Virus record (IMG/VR): IMGVR_UViG_3300036761_001135
Span: 1 to 64,000 of that record
Length of the DNA: 64,000 bases
From: a virus
Reading direction: 5' to 3' (one strand)
Both the position numbers and the translations under genes were made by a program. Shown here one piece after another: positions 59,234-64,000 of this stretch (its first letter is position 1; each line of letters begins with the position of its first letter). The notes beneath the pieces are model-generated. The model was given only the letters and a program-made list of their open reading frames with translations. It did not search any database and had not been told where the DNA came from.

Positions 59234-60126
59234 AGAACAGGTACAGCACGAACACCCTGCAAGAGGATCTGAATTCTCTCGGTATTGGTGGCCTGAACGA
59301 AGACGTCATGGCATCCGTGGCGTTGGGCGTGCCGCTGGCCGAGAAAGCCTGCGCTCGTGACATGGACGACGAGGAGGATGACGACGAAGAGGACGAGGAC
59401 GGCGAGGACTACGAGGAGTCGAAGCACGACCCCATGGACGGTCCGTTCGTCACTCACACTCTGTTCGACCGTATCATGGCCTTGCCGTTCGAGCGATTGG
59501 ACGAAGAGGACATCGAGCGCGTGATCGAAGGCTTGAAGACCAAGCGCATCCCGCGCAACATCCCGGGCATCCAGGAGCGTGCGGAAGAGGTGGCTTCGGA
59601 TCTGTTGGAGCGTGTGAAGACCATCATCAAGGCAGGCAAGCGGGCGCGTATCAATGTCAGCAACTCGCCGGAGGCAAAGAAGCTGCGTCGTGAGCGTCGC
59701 CTGACCTACAAGAAAAAGAAAACCAAGATCAATCGTCGTGCAAGGATCACCGCACGCAAGGCTCCGGGCAAGCGCGCTGCTCTCAAGACCGCGATGGCGC
59801 ACCAACGCATGGGCGACAGCCAGTCCTTCGCCGTCGAGCTGGAGCACATCCTGCACGAGCACGAGGAACGGGACATGGGCGTGCGCGATGAGATCTTGAT
59901 CCGTCTCGACCGGATCATCGATCTCGTTGCCGAAGAGTTCAACGACGAGGCCGTGGTGGAAGTGTTCGAGGAGGCCGTGGAGTCTCTGTCTGCTTCCTAT
60001 GCAGCCGGTCGTCTGGACGAGGATGTCATGGACGCGGACGCCTTCCTGACGGAGCTACGTCCGATCATGGCGTTGGTCTCGAAATCGCTGGACCGACTGG
60101 ACACGGTCGGATCGGGAAACTGCTAA
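59230..60126 (+). CDS. Putative prohead core protein with acidic and basic blocks; ends in a -1 frameshift signal
   Basis: Position in the head module, Asp/Glu tract, Lys/Arg tract, G GGA AAC two codons before the stop. Confidence 0.7.
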   Translation: MKNRYSTNTLQEDLNSLGIGGLNEDVMASVALGVPLAEKACARDMDDEEDDDEEDEDGEDYEESKHDPMDGPFVTHTLFDRIMALPFERLDEEDIERVIEGLKTKRIPRNIPGIQERAEEVASDLLERVKTIIKAGKRARINVSNSPEAKKLRRERRLTYKKKKTKINRRARITARKAPGKRAALKTAMAHQRMGDSQSFAVELEHILHEHEERDMGVRDEILIRLDRIIDLVAEEFNDEAVVEVFEEAVESLSASYAAGRLDEDVMDADAFLTELRPIMALVSKSLDRLDTVGSGNC

Positions 60127-60159
60127 GGGGCCACCTGGGCGAGGGTGGCCAGAGACGCC
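60114..60159 (+). promoter_or_regulatory. Predicted -1 ribosomal frameshift signal (GGGAAAC plus stem-loop/pseudoknot)
   Basis: In-phase X XXY YYZ heptamer; GGCCACC/GGTGGCC stem; the -1 frame stays open to 60323. Confidence 0.7.
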
Positions 60160-60336
60160 GGACGGGGACGACCTCCGGGCGGTTGGAGCTGATGGGTTAC
60201 GAGTCGGTGAAGAAGGCCGCGCGTCTGAGCGGGAACAAGACGGATCGCAGGGTATCACCAGAGGCCCGGCGGAAATCGGAGCGCAATCCCTTGGCGCGAA
60301 CAGGACTTCAGCGGAAGCGCTGAGGAGGGTGATAAG

Positions 60337-63132
60337 ATGCCGCAGTTACTGATCGAAACCAGCAAGCCCGTTGCGTTCCAGATGACCGAGGCTCGTGCGG
60401 CCAAGGGTTCGGGCAAGCTTGTGGCGCGTGGCGAGTTCGGTCGGGTCGGCGTACCGACGCAGAACGGTCGTCGCTATTCCGAGTCGTTGATGAACCGCGA
60501 GATCAAGCGTCTCAATGAGGATCTCAAGTCGAGGCGTGTGCTCGGAGAACTCGATCATCCGTGCCTGACATCGGACGACTTCCGGGTGCTCACATCGGAT
60601 GGATGGAAGGCATTCCGGGACGTGCATGTTGGGGATCGTGTTTGGTCGCGTGTGTCGGGAAAGGCAGTGCTATCTGACGTCACAGGAATCACGGACGAGC
60701 CGTATGACGGGCCTGCATATCATGTAAACGGGCGCAGCATGGATGCGACGTTTACTCCTGCGCACCGCTTCTTGTTGGTGAAGCGACCAGACCGCATGGG
60801 CCATGGGGCAGAGGAGGAGTTCGTTCCTCTTGCGGAGATTGCGGCGCACCCGGAGCGGTTCGGGCACCATGCCGTGCCAAAGACGGCGGAGTTCTGTTCG
60901 GAGGCCATGCCGCAGGTGACGATTCCTGGCGTGCAGGCCAAGCGGCTGGCGTCGTGCAAGAACGATGTGTCGCAGCCGTTGGTGCTAGATTCCTCATTGT
61001 TTGCGGCGTTCATGGGCATATATCTCGCGGAGGGATCTTGCTCGGCGGAAAGCTCGGACAACTACGACGTTCACATCTCGCAGAAGACGTCGTGGAGCAA
61101 ACAGTTCATCTACAACGAGGTGCTTTCCAAGTTCCCGGAAGAGTTGGAGTGGCGCGAGGTAAACGGTGGGTACGCGCTGGCTGACCAGCGGCTATACGCC
61201 TATCTGAATGCGCTTGGAAATATGTACACCAAGCGTGTCCCGGACGAGGCCAAGCGACTGGACGCGGATAGCTTGCGCGAGATGTTGTTCTGGTTCTGCA
61301 TCGGGGACGGCCGCATGGTGGCGAGTGGCGCTTCCAAGAAGGCGGAGATGACCCCGGATGGACAGACGACAAAGGAGGCGCTAGCGGAGACGTTGCGTGA
61401 GGGGCATATCCCCTTCACGAGACAGGATGCCTTCTCGGTATCCGAGGGCCTCGTCCGCGATTTGCACGAGTGCCTGGTGAGGGCTGGCGGTGCGGGCAGC
61501 ATTATGAAGATCGATCCTGACCAGGATTACGAGTACGCGGGTCGTACTATTCTGGCGGAGAATAAGGTGCCGTTGTACCAGTTGCACATCTGCCAATCGG
61601 CGAACGTGTGGATGGACCCGCGCCACCTGGCAGTTGAGTCGGTGCATCACACGGGCGGTATCTACTGCCTGAGTACGACGCATGGGTCGTTCTACATGGA
61701 GCAGGGCGGCCACGCTTTCTGGACGGGGAACAGCGATGGCAAGACCTCGTTGAAGCGGGTCAGTCACGTCATCACGGACCTGTGGATCGAGAAGGGCCTG
61801 GTCATGGGCGAGGCCGAGATCCTGAACACGCCGGAGGGGAAGACCTTGAAGGCGTTGATCGAGGCGCAGATCCCAATCGGCGTGTCGTCACGCGGGTTCG
61901 GCAGCACCAAGCCAGCGGCAGATGAGGCGGAGGATGTGCAGGACGACTTCCTGCTGAAGACCTACGATTTCGTGGCGGACCCGGCGGTGAAGACGGCCAT
62001 CCCCAATATCACCATGGAGTCCGTGGACGATCCCACGGCGGCGCAGATGTTCTTGGCGGAGTTCCCGGACGTGGCGACGCAGATCCAGGAGGCGGCGGCG
62101 CAGGATGCGTTGTCCAAGGCCAAGGACAAGGTGACCTCTGGGTTGGAGGCGGCGGTGCAGGCGGCCGAGAAGCGCGTGCGCGTCGAGATGACGGAAGCGT
62201 TTGAGAAGAACCTGGCGCAGTCGCTGATCGAGGTGCGTGAGGATCTTGGCAACCAACTCCGCGAGGAGTACGCGACCGATCCGGCTGTTGGTGCGGCGAA
62301 GGCTGTCTTGGCGCAGATCGCTGAGATGGTTGGATCGTATCGCCAGCATCCAGACGAGGCGGCGGTACGGGATGCGTTGCGGGCTAAGGATCTGGAGGTG
62401 GCCGAGCGCACGCAAGAGCGGGACGAGGCGATTGATCTGGGCACGCGGGCAGCGGTGTTGCTGCATGTGGAGCGCAAGATCAGCGGGCACCCGATGGCAG
62501 AGGCCGTGCGGGCGCTGATGCACGGCGTACAGGTCACGTCGATCATGGACGTTGACGCGAAGTTGGCGGCCATCATGGAGAACCTACCAGAGCAACCGGC
62601 TGTGGATGTGATCCCGACCGGGCCATCGGAGGACGAGGTTCAGCTACGGGAAGAGAACGCGACACTGCGCGGCGAAATCAAGCTGGTGCAGGCAAAGGCG
62701 GAGTCGTTGGACGAGAAGTTGAGACGTGTTGTAGAGCTGACAAAACGGGCAGACGACCGCTTGGCGGAGTCCGATGCTCGGGCCGAGAAGGCAGAGGCGC
62801 TGTTGGAAGAGGCGCAAGAACGCGCCGTTCAGGCAGAGCTAGACGCCTACAAGGCCAGCAAGGTTGCAGGGATGGTGAACAGTTCGAGTGTGTTGGGTCT
62901 GTTGGAGGACGTCTCCTCCAGGGCCGATGTGGACAAGGTCGTGGCGAAACACGGGGCCATGGAGATCTCGGATCCGCTCTTGCGAGAGATGCGTAGATCG
63001 CTACAACGCGGTCATGGCGACGAGCAGGAGTTGACCGAGGACCGGCAGCCGCAGGGTGGTCGAGTGCGAGGTTCCGACGACTTCGGAAATTCGTTTGACA
63101 TCATGCGGAAACTTGCTGGGTACAACAACTGA
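60337..63132 (+). CDS. Prohead protease (T4 gp21-like) fused to a scaffold-like coiled coil, with an intein
   Basis: NGRRY, LGELDHP, VSH, TPEGK, GVSSRGFGS, DFVADPA. Confidence 0.88.
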   Translation: MPQLLIETSKPVAFQMTEARAAKGSGKLVARGEFGRVGVPTQNGRRYSESLMNREIKRLNEDLKSRRVLGELDHPCLTSDDFRVLTSDGWKAFRDVHVGDRVWSRVSGKAVLSDVTGITDEPYDGPAYHVNGRSMDATFTPAHRFLLVKRPDRMGHGAEEEFVPLAEIAAHPERFGHHAVPKTAEFCSEAMPQVTIPGVQAKRLASCKNDVSQPLVLDSSLFAAFMGIYLAEGSCSAESSDNYDVHISQKTSWSKQFIYNEVLSKFPEELEWREVNGGYALADQRLYAYLNALGNMYTKRVPDEAKRLDADSLREMLFWFCIGDGRMVASGASKKAEMTPDGQTTKEALAETLREGHIPFTRQDAFSVSEGLVRDLHECLVRAGGAGSIMKIDPDQDYEYAGRTILAENKVPLYQLHICQSANVWMDPRHLAVESVHHTGGIYCLSTTHGSFYMEQGGHAFWTGNSDGKTSLKRVSHVITDLWIEKGLVMGEAEILNTPEGKTLKALIEAQIPIGVSSRGFGSTKPAADEAEDVQDDFLLKTYDFVADPAVKTAIPNITMESVDDPTAAQMFLAEFPDVATQIQEAAAQDALSKAKDKVTSGLEAAVQAAEKRVRVEMTEAFEKNLAQSLIEVREDLGNQLREEYATDPAVGAAKAVLAQIAEMVGSYRQHPDEAAVRDALRAKDLEVAERTQERDEAIDLGTRAAVLLHVERKISGHPMAEAVRALMHGVQVTSIMDVDAKLAAIMENLPEQPAVDVIPTGPSEDEVQLREENATLRGEIKLVQAKAESLDEKLRRVVELTKRADDRLAESDARAEKAEALLEEAQERAVQAELDAYKASKVAGMVNSSSVLGLLEDVSSRADVDKVVAKHGAMEISDPLLREMRRSLQRGHGDEQELTEDRQPQGGRVRGSDDFGNSFDIMRKLAGYNN
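60562..61731 (+). mobile_element. Intein (390 aa) with LAGLIDADG-type domain in the prohead protease
   Basis: CLTSD, FTPAHRF, FMGIYLAEG, FCIGDG, ends FWTGN followed by Ser. Confidence 0.88.
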
Positions 63133-63155
63133 CAGACACACAGGAGACAATAGAC

Positions 63156-64000
63156 ATGCAAGCTCGAAACATCGTGGAAGAAGACGGCAAGCGGACCGTG
63201 TTCGACGAGTCCTACGGCAAGGTGTGCGAGGCGCGTTGGGCGAAGATTTTGCAGCCCATGAACGAGCGCGATCCAATCAACAGCCACTACGTGCGGCGCT
63301 GCACGGCGATCATCATGGAGAACGAGATGGACCACATCAAGTCTCTCCATGAGGACACCCTCAGCACCAACGCAGGCGCGTTCACGAAGTACGTGTTCCC
63401 GGTTCTTCGCCGGGTGTTCCCGAACCTGATCGCCAACCAACTCGTCTCGGTGCAGCCGATGACCGCTCCCGTGGGCGGAATCTTCTACTACGAGAAGAAG
63501 TACGACGACCGCAAGGGCACCAAGATCCCGCAGTACGGCATCACCAACGCTCCGTACAACATGGCCTATGACGGCCAGTTGGCGGCGGGCGACAACATCA
63601 ACCAGAACTTCGCCCGCATGTACTCCTCGGAGTACGTGGACTACGACGTCATCTGCACGCAAGCGACCGCCGTGGCCTCTCTTTCGAACGTGGGAGCCAA
63701 CTGCCGCCTGCCCGAGTGGAAGCCGATGCGCGCCCCGGGCGTGGACGGACAGCGCACGTTCTACACCAAGCTCTACTACCGCGTGCTCAACCACGCGGGC
63801 ACACTGCCCATCGACATCGTGGCCACCCTCGACCCGACCGGCCTGACCAGCAACCTCGTTGACCAGTACGGGGCCACCGTGGGCACGGTTACCGTGGGAA
63901 CCGGAGCCTGGACCCTCAACGCCAAGGACGAGACCGGCGTAGCCTCGACCTTCACACCAAGCACCGTGATCTACGCGCAGTATTTCGTGAACTTCGAGCA
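63156..64000 (+). CDS. Major capsid protein (T4 gp23-like), truncated by the window end
   Basis: Translated by hand: FPVLRRVFPNLIANQLVSVQPMTAPVGGIFY; AGGAG RBS. Confidence 0.9.
   Translation, partial: MQARNIVEEDGKRTVFDESYGKVCEARWAKILQPMNERDPINSHYVRRCTAIIMENEMDHIKSLHEDTLSTNAGAFTKYVFPVLRRVFPNLIANQLVSVQPMTAPVGGIFYYEKKYDDRKGTKIPQYGITNAPYNMAYDGQLAAGDNINQNFARMYSSEYVDYDVICTQATAVASLSNVGANCRLPEWKPMRAPGVDGQRTFYTKLYYRVLNHAGTLPIDIVATLDPTGLTSNLVDQYGATVGTVTVGTGAWTLNAKDETGVASTFTPSTVIYAQYFVNFE

Noticed and set aside
63012-63964. ORF-track entries over the window end
   Set aside because: The real gene is the unterminated capsid ORF starting at 63156, which is missing from the track
1-64000. Alternative genetic code or a DGR/retron system
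   Set aside because: Core genes are intact under the standard code with all three stop codons used; no reverse transcriptase or template/variable repeat pair was seen

Overview
A 64 kb segment of a large, GC-rich dsDNA tailed phage. Essentially all credible genes are on the + strand and use the standard genetic code. Layout: (1) replication and recombination module, about 0.5-12.7 kb (DUF932, KhpA-like, DnaC-like loader, DnaB, SSB, SF2 helicase, RecA, intein-containing Hjc-like resolvase); (2) about 30 kb of small accessory genes with several paralog families, Cas4-like and RuvC-like nucleases, DNA methyltransferase, Tmk, DHH phosphoesterase and a SNF2/HARP helicase; (3) a RAMP/Cas7-like gene followed by a 1.1 kb non-coding array of GG-N-NN pentamers grouped into about 19 units delimited by GGCA, a candidate RNA-guided system; (4) a T4-like head module (terminase with two inteins, portal, core proteins, intein-containing protease-scaffold fusion, gp23-like capsid cut off by the window end). 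Most notable: the pentamer array system; a complete NUMOD3/TnsA-like nuclease gene nested in the +1 frame inside terminase intein 1; a 16-20 bp palindrome dispersed 11 times; a -1 frameshift signal in a head gene; a structured ncRNA candidate; and an internally deleted TnpB element. All family assignments come from motif recognition by eye; no searches were run.
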